A stretch of 64,000 nucleotides of DNA, from positions 276,577 through 340,576 of the forward strand of contig CAZDPG010000001.1 of NCBI GenBank assembly GCA_964507275.1. Reading direction: 5' to 3'. Within the stretch, counting starts at the first letter, position 1. Each line of letters begins with the position of its first letter. Below the pieces are notes generated by a model. That model worked only from the letters and a program-made list of their open reading frames with translations. It made no database searches and had not been told where the DNA came from. Origin of the DNA: an uncultured Candidatus Saccharibacteria bacterium (GTDB lineage Bacteria; Patescibacteriota; Minisyncoccia; Phycocordibacterales; Phycocordibacteraceae). Below, piece after piece: positions 30,137 through 40,369 of the stretch. Position numbers and translations under genes: made by a program.

Positions 30137-32776
30137 TCATTTACTACGCTTTGCATGGCGTTTGAGCGCTTTCGACAAATACTCGCCCGTATGCGAACCC
30201 TTCGTGTCGGCAACTTCTTCGGGCGTACCCTTCGCAATAACTTTGCCCCCGCCCGCGCCACCTTCGGGACCGAAGTCGATGAGATGATCGGCACTCTTGA
30301 TGACGTCGAGGTTATGCTCGATGACCACGACCGTATTGCCGCGCACGACGAGCTCCTGCAGTATCTCAATGAGTTTCTTCACGTCTTCGTAGTGGAGACC
30401 AACGGTCGGTTCATCGAGTAGGTAGATTGTCTTCATCGACATTGGGCGATAGAGTTCGCTCGCTATCTTCACGCGCTGCGCTTCGCCACCAGAGAGAGTC
30501 GTCGCACTCTGCCCGAGCGTGAGGTATTCGAGACCGGTCGAATTGAGGCTCGTGAGCCGCTCGGCAATCGCGGGAATATCACCAAAGAATTTCTCAGCCT
30601 CCTCGACGGTCATCTGGAGCACTTCATAGATATTTTTGCCGCGATACGTCACTTCAAGCGTCTCTTTCATGAAGCGCTTTCCCATACAGATGTCGCACGT
30701 AACGTATACGGTCGGGAGGAAGTGCATCTCCACCGCAATGGAGCCATTGCCCTGGCACGCTTCGCACCGACCGCCCGGGACGTTGAAGGAGAAACGGCCC
30801 GGCTTCCAGCCGCGCGCACGTGCTTCGCCAGTGGCAGCAAAGAGATCGCGGATATAGGTGAAGGCACCTGTGTAGGTAGCAGGATTTGAGCGCGGCGTAC
30901 GACCAATCGGCGACTGATCGATGAGCACGGCTCGCCCGACGTATTCTGTGCCGGTAAGCGAGGCAACGTGTTCGAGCTTCGCTTCTCGCTTCGCAAAGCG
31001 TGCCGCGATATTGCGATGCAGTATGTCGTACAGGAACGTCGACTTCCCGCTCCCGGACACGCCGGTGATACACACGAGCTTGCCGAGCGGAATGTCGATA
31101 TTCTGATTCACGAGGTTATGGAGCGTCGCCCCTCGCACCTTTATCGACCCCTTCTCGCTCGTACGGCGCGTCTCAGGGACCGCGACCTCCTTCTCCTGCC
31201 GCAGGTAGGCGAGCGTGACGGAATTCGTATCATTCTTTTTGGCCGTGAGCAGGTCATCGAGCCAGCCGGATGCGACCACTGTGCCTCCGTGGATGCCCGC
31301 ACCCGGACCGATATCGACAAGGTAATCGGCGGAGTAAATAGTGTCTTCGTCGTGTTCGACGACAACGATCGTATTACCGAGTTCTTTGAGCGTAAGTAAC
31401 GTCTTAATCAATCGGTCATTGTCACGCTGATGCAAACCGATGGTCGGCTCGTCGAGTACGTAGAGCGCGCCCGTGAGCCCGCTACCGAGCTGCGATGCCA
31501 GACGGATGCGCTGTGCCTCGCCGCCGGAGAGAGTCGCTGCCGAGCGATTGAGCGTCAAATAATCGAGGCCGACATTCAGCATGAACGTAAGACGACTGTC
31601 GATTTCCTTCAGTATCGGCGCCGCAATGTCGAACTTCATATCCGAAAGTTCGATACCATCGACGAAATCCTTGGCTTCGCGTATCGACATGTTGGTGAAG
31701 TCGACAATGCTCTTGCCGAGCGTCTTATCCTTCTTACTTTTCAGAAATACGCGAAGCGCTTCGGGGCGGAGTCGCTTCCCTTCACAGACCGGGCACATCT
31801 CCTCAGAGAAGAGTGTCGCTGTACCGAGACCGTTGCAAGCTGGGCAGGCGCCATAGGGTGAGTTGAAAGAGAAGAGACGCGGTTCGACTTCAGGGAACGA
31901 GGCTCCGTCGTCCGGACAGATGAAGCGCGAAGACAGCGTCTCCATCGTGCCATCCGCGTGTTGGATCTTCACCAATCCATCGGCCTGCTTGAGGGCCAAC
32001 TCGAGCGCCTCCGAGAGACGTTCGCGTGCGGCCACGGTCGAACGTATGAATTCTGAGACGAAGATTGAATCGACGACCGCATCAATGCTGTGCCGCTTAT
32101 TCCTATCGAGCTCTATCTTCTCGCGCAGCGATTGTAGCTTGCCATCGATCACAACCTTCTCATACCCCTTGCCGAGAAGGTCATAGAGGAGCTGGTAGTA
32201 TTCACCCTTCCGCCCCACGACGACCGGTGCATAAATAGTGACAGCCGTCTTGTCGACCGCGACACCCATGACGTTCGTGCTCGTGCCCGCACGTTTCGCC
32301 TCGACGCGATTGAACACCATTTTGATCATCTCTTCTTTCGAGAGGCGCACGATGGGTACATCATGATGAATACAGTACGGTTGTCCCGCGCGCGCATACA
32401 GGACGCGCAGATAGTCATAAATCTCGGTGACCGTCGCCACGGTCGAGCGGGGATTGTTCGAACGACTCTTCTGATCTATGGAAATGGCTGGTGAAAGACC
32501 GGTAATCTCATCGACATCCGGTTTCGCCATTTGATTAAGAAATTGCCGTGCATACGCCGAGAGCGACTCTACGTAGCGGCGCTGACCCTCGGCGAAGATA
32601 GTATCGAAGGCGAGCGAGGATTTGCCCGAGCCGGAGAGACCGGTGATGACCGTCATCGCTCCGCGCGGCATCTCAACCGATATGTTCTTCAGGTTATGAG
32701 TGCGCGCACCTTTCACAGAAAGCCAGTCGCTTCCGTGTTTATGCTTATGTTCTTCTTTTGCGCTCTGTTTTTTCAT
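30137..32776 (-). CDS. uvrA: Excinuclease ABC subunit A
   Basis: [23 protein letters not shown], two LSGGEAQR signatures. Confidence 0.98.
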   Translation of the reverse strand: MKKQSAKEEHKHKHGSDWLSVKGARTHNLKNISVEMPRGAMTVITGLSGSGKSSLAFDTIFAEGQRRYVESLSAYARQFLNQMAKPDVDEITGLSPAISIDQKSRSNNPRSTVATVTEIYDYLRVLYARAGQPYCIHHDVPIVRLSKEEMIKMVFNRVEAKRAGTSTNVMGVAVDKTAVTIYAPVVVGRKGEYYQLLYDLLGKGYEKVVIDGKLQSLREKIELDRNKRHSIDAVVDSIFVSEFIRSTVAARERLSEALELALKQADGLVKIQHADGTMETLSSRFICPDDGASFPEVEPRLFSFNSPYGACPACNGLGTATLFSEEMCPVCEGKRLRPEALRVFLKSKKDKTLGKSIVDFTNMSIREAKDFVDGIELSDMKFDIAAPILKEIDSRLTFMLNVGLDYLTLNRSAATLSGGEAQRIRLASQLGSGLTGALYVLDEPTIGLHQRDNDRLIKTLLTLKELGNTIVVVEHDEDTIYSADYLVDIGPGAGIHGGTVVASGWLDDLLTAKKNDTNSVTLAYLRQEKEVAVPETRRTSEKGSIKVRGATLHNLVNQNIDIPLGKLVCITGVSGSGKSTFLYDILHRNIAARFAKREAKLEHVASLTGTEYVGRAVLIDQSPIGRTPRSNPATYTGAFTYIRDLFAATGEARARGWKPGRFSFNVPGGRCEACQGNGSIAVEMHFLPTVYVTCDICMGKRFMKETLEVTYRGKNIYEVLQMTVEEAEKFFGDIPAIAERLTSLNSTGLEYLTLGQSATTLSGGEAQRVKIASELYRPMSMKTIYLLDEPTVGLHYEDVKKLIEILQELVVRGNTVVVIEHNLDVIKSADHLIDFGPEGGAGGGKVIAKGTPEEVADTKGSHTGEYLSKALKRHAKRSK

Positions 32777-32828
32777 GAGAAATTCCTACCCGTGGCGGGG
32801 CAGGTACGGTATGACTGTACCACTTTTA

Positions 32829-34883
32829 TTAAGACCCGGAAAGCGCCTTACGGGTGCGCCGCTTCTTGGCTTTCGGGCCAGTACCTTCCAGTTTGTATAT
32901 CTCATCACGTATGAGCGCTGCGGTCTCGAAGTCCAATTTCTCTACCGCCTCTTCCATCTCTTCCCTCTTCCGCTTGAGGAACTCTTTCGGATCGTCTTTG
33001 TACGCGAGCGTATCGAGCACGAGCAGTTCATCGATCGTCTTCTGGTGTTCTGTGCGCATCGATGCAGCGATATCATGAATCTCTTTCTTGATAGTGAGCG
33101 GCGTAATGCCGTGCTTTTCGTTATACGCGAGTTGGAGCGCGCGCCGGCGGTTCGTCTCGCTGATGGCCTTGGTAAGCGAGTTCGTCATGACATCAGCGTA
33201 GAGAATGACGCGACCAAGCACATTACGCGCTGCCCGGCCGATGGTCTGGATGAGCGACGTCTCGGAACGGAGAAATCCTTCCTTGTCTGCGTCGAGAATG
33301 CCGACGAGCTCGACCTCGGGCAAGTCGAGTCCTTCGCGAAGCAGGTTCACGCCAACCAGAATATCGAAGCCACCTTTGCGGAACTTCGTGAGGATATCGA
33401 TACGGTCGATTGTCTTCACGTCCGAGTGGAGATATTCGGCCTTGATGCCCTTCTCACGCAGGAACGAGGCCAGGTCTTCTGCCATCTGTTTGGTAAGCGT
33501 CGTCGCGAGTGCGCGACCACCGCGTTTGATGACTATCTCTGCCTCGCCGATGAAATCAGCTATCTGACCTTTATAGCCCTTCGCCTCGACGACACCGCGC
33601 ACGGTGAGCTCTGGATCGATGAGTCCGGTCGGACGGATAACCTGCTCGACAATTTGCTCAGAGTGCTCGCGCTCATAGTTGCCGGGTGTCGCCGTCGTAT
33701 AGACGACTTGCCCTACACGTTCCTCGAACTCTTCGAAACGGAGCGGGCGATTATCTCGCGCCGACGGGAGGCGGAAGCCGTATTCGACGAGCACATCCTT
33801 ACGCGATTTATCCCCGGCATACATGCCGCCGATCTGCGATACAGTGACGTGCGATTCGTCGATGACCGTGAGGAAATCCGCCGAACCGTCTTTTTTATGC
33901 GGGAAATATGAGAGGAGTGTATGTGGCGGCTCGCCTGCTTTCCGCCCATCGAAGTGGCGAGAATAATTCTCAATACCGGTCGTATAGCCGAGCTCGCGGA
34001 TGAGTGCGAGATCGTGGAGCGTGCGACGCTTCAGTCGCTCGGCTTCGAGCGGCTTCTCTTCGCGCTTCAGTTTCGCCAACTGTTCCTCAAGCTCAAGCTT
34101 AATATCTCCGATAGCCCGGTCGCGCTCTGCTTCGTCCGTCACGAAATGCTTCGCCGGAAAAATGAAGACCGATTCGGGTTCGGCGACCTTCGCTCTAGAC
34201 ACCGGATCAAGCTGGTCGATACTGCCGATGATATCGCCCTCGAAGGTGACGCGGTACATCACACGCTCGTTGACCGGCATGAACTCGAGCGAGTTGCCGA
34301 TAGCGCGCAACTGCCCGGGATTCAGATCGGCATTCGTCCGTTCGAAGTAAATGCGAACGAGCTTGCGGATAAGCGCCGCACGGTCCTCGACACTGTCCTT
34401 TTCGATCTTCACATGCACTTTCTCGTATTGTTCCGGCGAACCGAGGCCGTAGATAGCGGAGACTGACGCAACAATGATGACATCCTTGCGCGTGAGTAAG
34501 GCCTGCGTCGCAGCATGGCGCAAACGATCGATCTCAGCGTTGATCATCGCTTCCTTCTCTATATAAGTATCCGAGTGCGCGATGTACGCCTCCGGCTGGT
34601 AATAGTCATAGTACGAAACGAAATAATGAACCGCATTCTCAGGAAAGAATTCCCGATACTCCTGGGCAAGCTGCGCCGCGAGCGTCTTATTATGCGCAAG
34701 AACAAGTGTCGGCTTGTCATAGGCGGCGATGACATTCGCCATGGTAAACGTCTTGCCGGAACCGGTCACACCGAAAAGCGTCTGGTGACGCAGGCCCTTT
34801 GTAAGCCCTTTTTCAAGAGCTTTAATCGCCGCTGGCTGATCGCCTGCCGGAGGATAGGGGGTATGGAGTTTGAAGTTAGCCAT
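32829..34883 (-). CDS. uvrB: Excinuclease ABC subunit B
   Basis: GVTGSGKT, YYDYYQPEAY, IDESH, NLLREGLD. Confidence 0.98.
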   Translation of the reverse strand: MANFKLHTPYPPAGDQPAAIKALEKGLTKGLRHQTLFGVTGSGKTFTMANVIAAYDKPTLVLAHNKTLAAQLAQEYREFFPENAVHYFVSYYDYYQPEAYIAHSDTYIEKEAMINAEIDRLRHAATQALLTRKDVIIVASVSAIYGLGSPEQYEKVHVKIEKDSVEDRAALIRKLVRIYFERTNADLNPGQLRAIGNSLEFMPVNERVMYRVTFEGDIIGSIDQLDPVSRAKVAEPESVFIFPAKHFVTDEAERDRAIGDIKLELEEQLAKLKREEKPLEAERLKRRTLHDLALIRELGYTTGIENYSRHFDGRKAGEPPHTLLSYFPHKKDGSADFLTVIDESHVTVSQIGGMYAGDKSRKDVLVEYGFRLPSARDNRPLRFEEFEERVGQVVYTTATPGNYEREHSEQIVEQVIRPTGLIDPELTVRGVVEAKGYKGQIADFIGEAEIVIKRGGRALATTLTKQMAEDLASFLREKGIKAEYLHSDVKTIDRIDILTKFRKGGFDILVGVNLLREGLDLPEVELVGILDADKEGFLRSETSLIQTIGRAARNVLGRVILYADVMTNSLTKAISETNRRRALQLAYNEKHGITPLTIKKEIHDIAASMRTEHQKTIDELLVLDTLAYKDDPKEFLKRKREEMEEAVEKLDFETAALIRDEIYKLEGTGPKAKKRRTRKALSGS

Positions 34884-34957
34884 GCCTTGACAATATAGCA
34901 CAAAGAATGTTAATCCTGATACGGGACAGTCTGGTCCTCATTTCGAGAGGAATTTTG

Positions 34958-35143
34958 ATGGAGGAATATTTCAGCTCTTGGTTCTCGTGGCGTTTTCTCT
35001 GGGTCATGTTGCTGTCGAGCATCGCGACCGGTGTGCTTTCGCAATTTCTCGATATCTATCAAACACCGACGGGGCGGAAGACTGGCATCATTTGCGCCGT
35101 TGCATTCATCTTCGGCACGATAGCGATGTTCATCGCGAAATGA
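34958..35143 (+). CDS. Small 2-TM hypothetical protein
   Basis: SD GAGG, two hydrophobic segments, downstream hairpin at about 35163-35184. Confidence 0.6.
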   Translation: MEEYFSSWFSWRFLWVMLLSSIATGVLSQFLDIYQTPTGRKTGIICAVAFIFGTIAMFIAK

Positions 35144-35186
35144 CGAACCAGCGACAACTTACAAAGCAGGCCCCGGTCTGCTTTGT

Positions 35187-36407
35187 TTATTTTCCATAAT
35201 ACCTACGCACAAAATCTGCGCGATATTCATCAAAGCGACCGTCGAGGATAGCTTGGCGCGCACCCGCCACAAGATTGAGTATGAAGCCGATATTGTGCAT
35301 CGAGCAAATGATGGAGCCGGTCATCTCACCCGCGCGCACCAGGTGCGACGCATACGCACGGGTGAATGCCTCCGTCCCTGGGACAAGAGTCTCAGGATCA
35401 AGTGGAGAGAAATCATTCGCGAACTGCCCATTCCGGAGATGGATGATCCCTTTCTTCGTATAGATAGAGCCGTGCCGACCGATGCGGGTCGCCGCGACGC
35501 AGTCAAAAAGATCCATACCGTTTGCAATACCCTCCAAGATATCGCCCGGCTCGCCGATACCGAGGAAGTGTCTTGGTAGTTCTTCAGGCAATTCGCTCAC
35601 CGCTGCCACAAGTGCGCTCTTCATGTCCTCCTTCGAGAACGATCCGCCGATACCAATACCATCGAAACCCATGCGTGCAATCTCACGAGCAGACTCCCGG
35701 CGCAGATCCTCATGCCGACCGCCCTGCACGATGCCAAAAAGAGCCTGCTTCTTATTTGCTTCGATATTCTGCCGATGCGCCTTCAAGCCACGCTCGGCCC
35801 AACGATGGGTACGCTCCATCGCTTCTCGCTGGTATGCGTAGGGGGCCGTCGGTGAAGTGCATTCGTCGAAAGAGAAGAAGATGTCTGCTCCAAGATTGTG
35901 CTGGATCTCAACCGAACGCTCGGGCGTAAACCGGTGGAGCGAGCCATCGAGGTGCGATGTGAAAGTAACGCCCTCATCGTCAATAATGGCGAGCTGTCCA
36001 TGCTGACTCTGCACGCCCTCATCGTACACGGCAACACCCTCCTCCTGTGGTGCATCCTCCTTAACGAATTTCGATATGGTCTTGCCGAATGCTGCGCCGA
36101 GCGAGAACACCTGGAAGCCGCCTGAGTCCGTGATAGTTGGTCCATTCCAGCTCATGAACTTTGCTAGGCCACCTGCCTCTTTCACAATCTTCTCGCCGGG
36201 CTGGAGATACAGATGATACGTATTCGCGAGCACGACGCCAGCACCGAGCGTCTTCAGTTGATCAGGTAGAATGCCTTTCACGTTCGCTTTCGTGCCGACC
36301 GGTGTGAAAGCGGGTGTGCGAATGACGCCATGCGGCGTAGTAAGTAAGCCAGCACGCGCCCCGCCAGATGATGTACGTTTTTCTATCTTAAAACCGATGG
36401 CACTCAT
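35187..36407 (-). CDS. tgt: tRNA-guanine transglycosylase
   Basis: TPAFTPVGT, NTYHL, TDSGGFQVFSL, FDEC, GIVQGG, DLFDCV. Confidence 0.96.
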   Translation of the reverse strand: MSAIGFKIEKRTSSGGARAGLLTTPHGVIRTPAFTPVGTKANVKGILPDQLKTLGAGVVLANTYHLYLQPGEKIVKEAGGLAKFMSWNGPTITDSGGFQVFSLGAAFGKTISKFVKEDAPQEEGVAVYDEGVQSQHGQLAIIDDEGVTFTSHLDGSLHRFTPERSVEIQHNLGADIFFSFDECTSPTAPYAYQREAMERTHRWAERGLKAHRQNIEANKKQALFGIVQGGRHEDLRRESAREIARMGFDGIGIGGSFSKEDMKSALVAAVSELPEELPRHFLGIGEPGDILEGIANGMDLFDCVAATRIGRHGSIYTKKGIIHLRNGQFANDFSPLDPETLVPGTEAFTRAYASHLVRAGEMTGSIICSMHNIGFILNLVAGARQAILDGRFDEYRADFVRRYYGK

Positions 36408-36529
36408 TACTCCCTACCATACCGTATTGCATGGGTATTGACAAATGGTAATAATGGTATATTCTTGTATACGGAGCTATTTGAAGCCGATTCATCCCGA
36501 ATCGGTACCACTCACGGAGGTCTTTGACC

Positions 36530-37066
36530 ATGAAAACGAATACCAAGATCGCCGTTTTGGCGATGACAGTACTGCTTGGCGCATGCGCCGGCCCTGGCCC
36601 GCGTGTCAATATCTCGGTGACCATGCCGGACGGCGAAAGAGCAACGATTGTCGCCCACCAGCAGGCGGTCCCGGATTGGATGCTCGATCGCGGCAAACTT
36701 GCTCTGAACTACATCGTGAAGGGTGAGGTGGGCGCGAAACAGCTCGCTGCCGTTGCCGAAACTGAACGCGCGTGCCGCATTTACACCGACACGGTGCGTC
36801 CGAGCAATCTGGTCGGCGTCGTATCGAGCGGTGTGCTCTACGCCGCCGCTGGCTTCATCGGTGTCGGTATCGGATCGCAAGCCTTCACGGGCGCTGTCCA
36901 AAGCGAGTATGCAACATACGGCGCATGGGCAAGCGGCGTTTCCGGTACGGCAAACGGTGTGGTCACTCTCGGCGGTCAGACGTATACCTTCGAGAACTGC
37001 GGTCGAGAAGTGCTCGGCCTGTTCCCCGGATACGAAGTGCGGGTGCTCAACAAGAGCCCCTACTGA
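36530..37066 (+). CDS. Putative lipoprotein with glycine-rich hydrophobic helices
   Basis: Lipobox LLGAC; SD GGAGG; promoter TTGACA-N16-TATTCT at 36438-36465. Confidence 0.8.
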   Translation: MKTNTKIAVLAMTVLLGACAGPGPRVNISVTMPDGERATIVAHQQAVPDWMLDRGKLALNYIVKGEVGAKQLAAVAETERACRIYTDTVRPSNLVGVVSSGVLYAAAGFIGVGIGSQAFTGAVQSEYATYGAWASGVSGTANGVVTLGGQTYTFENCGREVLGLFPGYEVRVLNKSPY

Positions 37067-37087
37067 CCTGGTCTTTCTTGAAACACA

Positions 37088-37128
37088 ATGGGCACGAACC
37101 TCACGGTTCGTGCCCATCTTCTTTTTTT
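37088..37128 (+). terminator. Intrinsic terminator
   Basis: 13-bp stem atgggcacgaacc-tcac-ggttcgtgcccat followed by a T tract. Confidence 0.75.
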
Positions 37129-37132
37129 ATAT

Positions 37133-37639
37133 CTAGTTAGCCTTCTGCACCTTCACGAGCTCCACTTCGAAAATGAGCGTGGAATTCGCAGGAATGACAT
37201 TCCCGATGGCCTGGTCGCCATATGCATAGGCAGCAGGGATGACGAGCTTTCGCTTGCCGCCCTCCTTCATGCCAGCAACGCCGAGGTCCCAACCCTTAAT
37301 CACCTGCCCTGCTCCGAGAGTAAACGTGAAGCCGGCAGTACCATGATTAGCGGAAGCATCGAAGACTGTTCCGTTAGTGAGTGAACCGACGTAGTTCACG
37401 GTCACACTATCGCCAGCCTCGGCGGTTGCGCCCGTGCCGACCGTCTCATCAAGTGCCTGGAGTTGGTCGGAATTTTCTGTAGTCATAGAAGTTGATTCGA
37501 TTTGAGTATTAGTAGATCCTAGTGAAGCTTCGTCCGCCGCCGCTGGCTGTCCCCACGGTAGAAGACCCGGGAAGATGAAGAATAGCGCGACGACGGCGAG
37601 TGCGAGTGCTACGGCGATGCCAGTCTGAGTTGGTTTCAT
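37133..37639 (-). CDS. FKBP-type peptidyl-prolyl isomerase with N-terminal anchor
   Basis: VNYVGSLTNGTVFDAS, QVIKGWDLG, IPANSTLIFEVEL. Confidence 0.95.
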   Translation of the reverse strand: MKPTQTGIAVALALAVVALFFIFPGLLPWGQPAAADEASLGSTNTQIESTSMTTENSDQLQALDETVGTGATAEAGDSVTVNYVGSLTNGTVFDASANHGTAGFTFTLGAGQVIKGWDLGVAGMKEGGKRKLVIPAAYAYGDQAIGNVIPANSTLIFEVELVKVQKAN

Positions 37640-37654
37640 ATCAATGGATTAGAG

Positions 37655-37963
37655 TTATGCAGATTGAAAATCTTTGAACCGTTTGACCTCCTCGGCAACA
37701 GCGGTCCTGACGACCGCCTCGTGCCCAGGTACCTCCTGATCAAGGAACATCTTCAGCGCAGAAGCATCACCCGCTTCTGCGAGCTTCGCGAACGCTTCGC
37801 GCTTATCTTCGGCAAGATTCCCCAGCACCGCTAGCGTCGCCGCCTTGAGGGCGACTTCGCCGAACTGCGCGATAAGTGGCTTTTGCTCTTCGATGGGAAG
37901 GGCGGATATGCCGAGATCGGCAGCGATGGCGGCGGTTAATTCATCTTGCATAGGGGATATCAT
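37655..37963 (-). CDS. Small conserved CPR protein (DUF5663-like)
   Basis: LGISALPIEEQ...FLDQEVPG pattern. Confidence 0.7.
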   Translation of the reverse strand: MISPMQDELTAAIAADLGISALPIEEQKPLIAQFGEVALKAATLAVLGNLAEDKREAFAKLAEAGDASALKMFLDQEVPGHEAVVRTAVAEEVKRFKDFQSA

Positions 37964-37972
37964 ATCACAGGG

Positions 37973-40363
37973 TTATTTGATAACTTTCTCAAATTCATCA
38001 GGGCCTGGAGCTTTCATAAACTCCCTGAAGAAACCAAGAAACCCGGTTGTCTGTACAGGGGCACCAGAAGGAACCACCTTCCCGTCTACGAGGTGCCACG
38101 GAATGCGGTGCTCCCCATTATCGTCAGCGGCATAGATAATCTTGTCTGGATTCTTGATGAGATAGTCGAGAATCATCTTCCCCCGCTCTACCGGCGAGCC
38201 GCCATACGCAAATATACGATTAGCGCTATCGGCATACAAATGCGGCACTGCTGCCGGCACTTCCACGCCGAACGAGTTTACGACGCTATGGGGTTCCATA
38301 ATCGGAGCCCGAACCGCTTCAGCAGTCCCTTGATTGGCGACATCCTGCGCAGGTGTAAGGTCCACGGTCTTTACCGGTTCTGGAGAGACGATCTGCTCAG
38401 GAGCAATAGTATGTGGCATCGCCGTCTCTACCGGAGCGGGCGTTTGTTCATTCACGAGTCCCGTCAATGGGTTTATCTCTTGCGGAGCGGCCGACTGCGT
38501 ACCGAAGTACAAATCGAGCGCTTCCGGCGTCGGTGCTGGCGATTCGACATGCGGTATGGTGAACGCCGTAGGTGTCACCGCGACATGCGCCGGAGCAACC
38601 TGCAGCTCACGGCCGGCATCAGAGAGGAAGAGCTCGCCTCGTGCGCCAATCGTCATCTGCGCATCCGGCGTGATGAGGACACTCGAACCATCAGCGCGGA
38701 AGAACTGATGCTTCGAATCAGATGCAATCTCATGTACGAGTTTATCTATAGAATCCTCATCCGCTGCGAGAAGCCGCGCGAGGTCACTCTCGGGATTCGC
38801 ATTTGCAGGCAGCTCGACGCCTTTCGTATGCAAATCTTCCCAAAGTCGCTTCATCATATATTCATAGCCGTGCCCGGCCGACGCTTTAACGGTCGGCATT
38901 TCGATTGTCGTAGGAGCTGTTGCTTCCGGTGCTGTAGTTGGAGCGGCTTCGCCCACTACGGGAGCATGGATTTCTGGCCCTGGCGCGGTGTCAGGAGCGA
39001 GCGTTTTGTTCCCGGTCATGCTCCCAATCCACCTGAGTATCGCCTCATCCTTCTGAGGCTGGTTCGCGAAATCGATAGCCTCCTTCACCCCCTCGACCAA
39101 AAGCATCATGGCCCCGGTCATACCAGCCGTATAGAGTATCGCCTTCCCCATCGCCTTTTCTTTCTCCCATTTTCCATCCTGTGCAGACTTTTCGTATTTC
39201 AAGAACATTGCTGATAATCCAGCGATACGCTGTGCGCCGATGCCTGCCCCGGTAAAGACGAGCCCCAGAGCCGCCGGGATCGACGCTCCTGCTGCTGCCG
39301 AGACGCCCATCCCGATGCCGAGACTGAGACCAACGGCAACCTTACTCTTCCATCCGAGTTTCCCGTACCACTCCCCAAGTGATCGGAAACCTTTTTCTGT
39401 TTTAGCGGCTATGGCCGTATCCAGTTCGCCCAATCGCCCAGAGAGATGTGTCTTCATGCGTTCAGGTCCTCCAGAGACTTTCTCTTTCGCGCCCTCGCCG
39501 AACTTTCCGACGAGCTCGCGCAATTTCTGCTTCCACTCTTTCGGTGTACCGTCCGCCATGGGGACGTCTTCTGTCTCGCCTTCCGCGGCGTCTGCGACAA
39601 ACTCTCCTCTCGTTCGAGCTTTCTTGTTTCTGTTTATTTGTTCTTGCACGTCTGCTTCAAGTGCATTTCTTGCTCCGGCGCCGAATAACACATCCATGTC
39701 AGCCTGCATCTCGGGGTTAATGGTGTATTGTGACGCATTCAGAGTACTTTCGTCTACGCTCGGTACCGAATGCGGATCAAAAGGTTCTTCTGTCTGGGCG
39801 GCTGACTCCGAAAGGTCAATATCGAGACCACGTCGTGCGATGGACTTCTTCGCAGAGCGCACATCGGAACTCGTGGGAGACTTCTTGCTTTTCTTCTTGC
39901 TTCGCGCCACATCAGCGCGCAGTTTTTCCAGATACCCTTCCCGTCTGGATTCAGGGAGTCTCTCATACAGCCGCAATGCGTCGGCAGGAATCTTGTCGCC
40001 AAATATTGCTGAGAGTTCGCTCGGAACGTTCGCGACATCTTTCGACACGGCCTCAGGCATTGAAGACCCATCTGCTGCTCCCTGCTTACTAAGCAATTCA
40101 AAGACTTCGTTCCCGACAGATACACCAAGCTCCCTTTCTTCTTTCCGTCGTGCCTCGGCCTCTTGCATCGCGAGCCCTATTGCTGTCGACTGTGCCTCTG
40201 ATTTCGCGTCGGCAATAGGGGTTGCTATAGGTAGTTCCCCGCCATTTCTCTTAGCATCAACGGCGGCTCTTCTATCTTTCTTATTTCGCCCACCATTCTT
40301 CTCAGAAGAATCGTCGTCATCTCGTGGAGGATAGTCTTTTCTAGGGTTTATACGTTCAGACAT
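37973..40363 (-). CDS. Large hypothetical protein with central Gly/Ala-rich hydrophobic segment
   Basis: 796-aa ORF 6 nt downstream of the ATPase; charged N-terminus, VAVGLSLGIGMGVSAAAGASIPAALGLVFTGAGIGA, Pro/Thr-rich C-terminal linkers. Confidence 0.85.
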   Translation of the reverse strand: MSERINPRKDYPPRDDDDSSEKNGGRNKKDRRAAVDAKRNGGELPIATPIADAKSEAQSTAIGLAMQEAEARRKEERELGVSVGNEVFELLSKQGAADGSSMPEAVSKDVANVPSELSAIFGDKIPADALRLYERLPESRREGYLEKLRADVARSKKKSKKSPTSSDVRSAKKSIARRGLDIDLSESAAQTEEPFDPHSVPSVDESTLNASQYTINPEMQADMDVLFGAGARNALEADVQEQINRNKKARTRGEFVADAAEGETEDVPMADGTPKEWKQKLRELVGKFGEGAKEKVSGGPERMKTHLSGRLGELDTAIAAKTEKGFRSLGEWYGKLGWKSKVAVGLSLGIGMGVSAAAGASIPAALGLVFTGAGIGAQRIAGLSAMFLKYEKSAQDGKWEKEKAMGKAILYTAGMTGAMMLLVEGVKEAIDFANQPQKDEAILRWIGSMTGNKTLAPDTAPGPEIHAPVVGEAAPTTAPEATAPTTIEMPTVKASAGHGYEYMMKRLWEDLHTKGVELPANANPESDLARLLAADEDSIDKLVHEIASDSKHQFFRADGSSVLITPDAQMTIGARGELFLSDAGRELQVAPAHVAVTPTAFTIPHVESPAPTPEALDLYFGTQSAAPQEINPLTGLVNEQTPAPVETAMPHTIAPEQIVSPEPVKTVDLTPAQDVANQGTAEAVRAPIMEPHSVVNSFGVEVPAAVPHLYADSANRIFAYGGSPVERGKMILDYLIKNPDKIIYAADDNGEHRIPWHLVDGKVVPSGAPVQTTGFLGFFREFMKAPGPDEFEKVIK

Positions 40364-40369
40364 ACGAAA

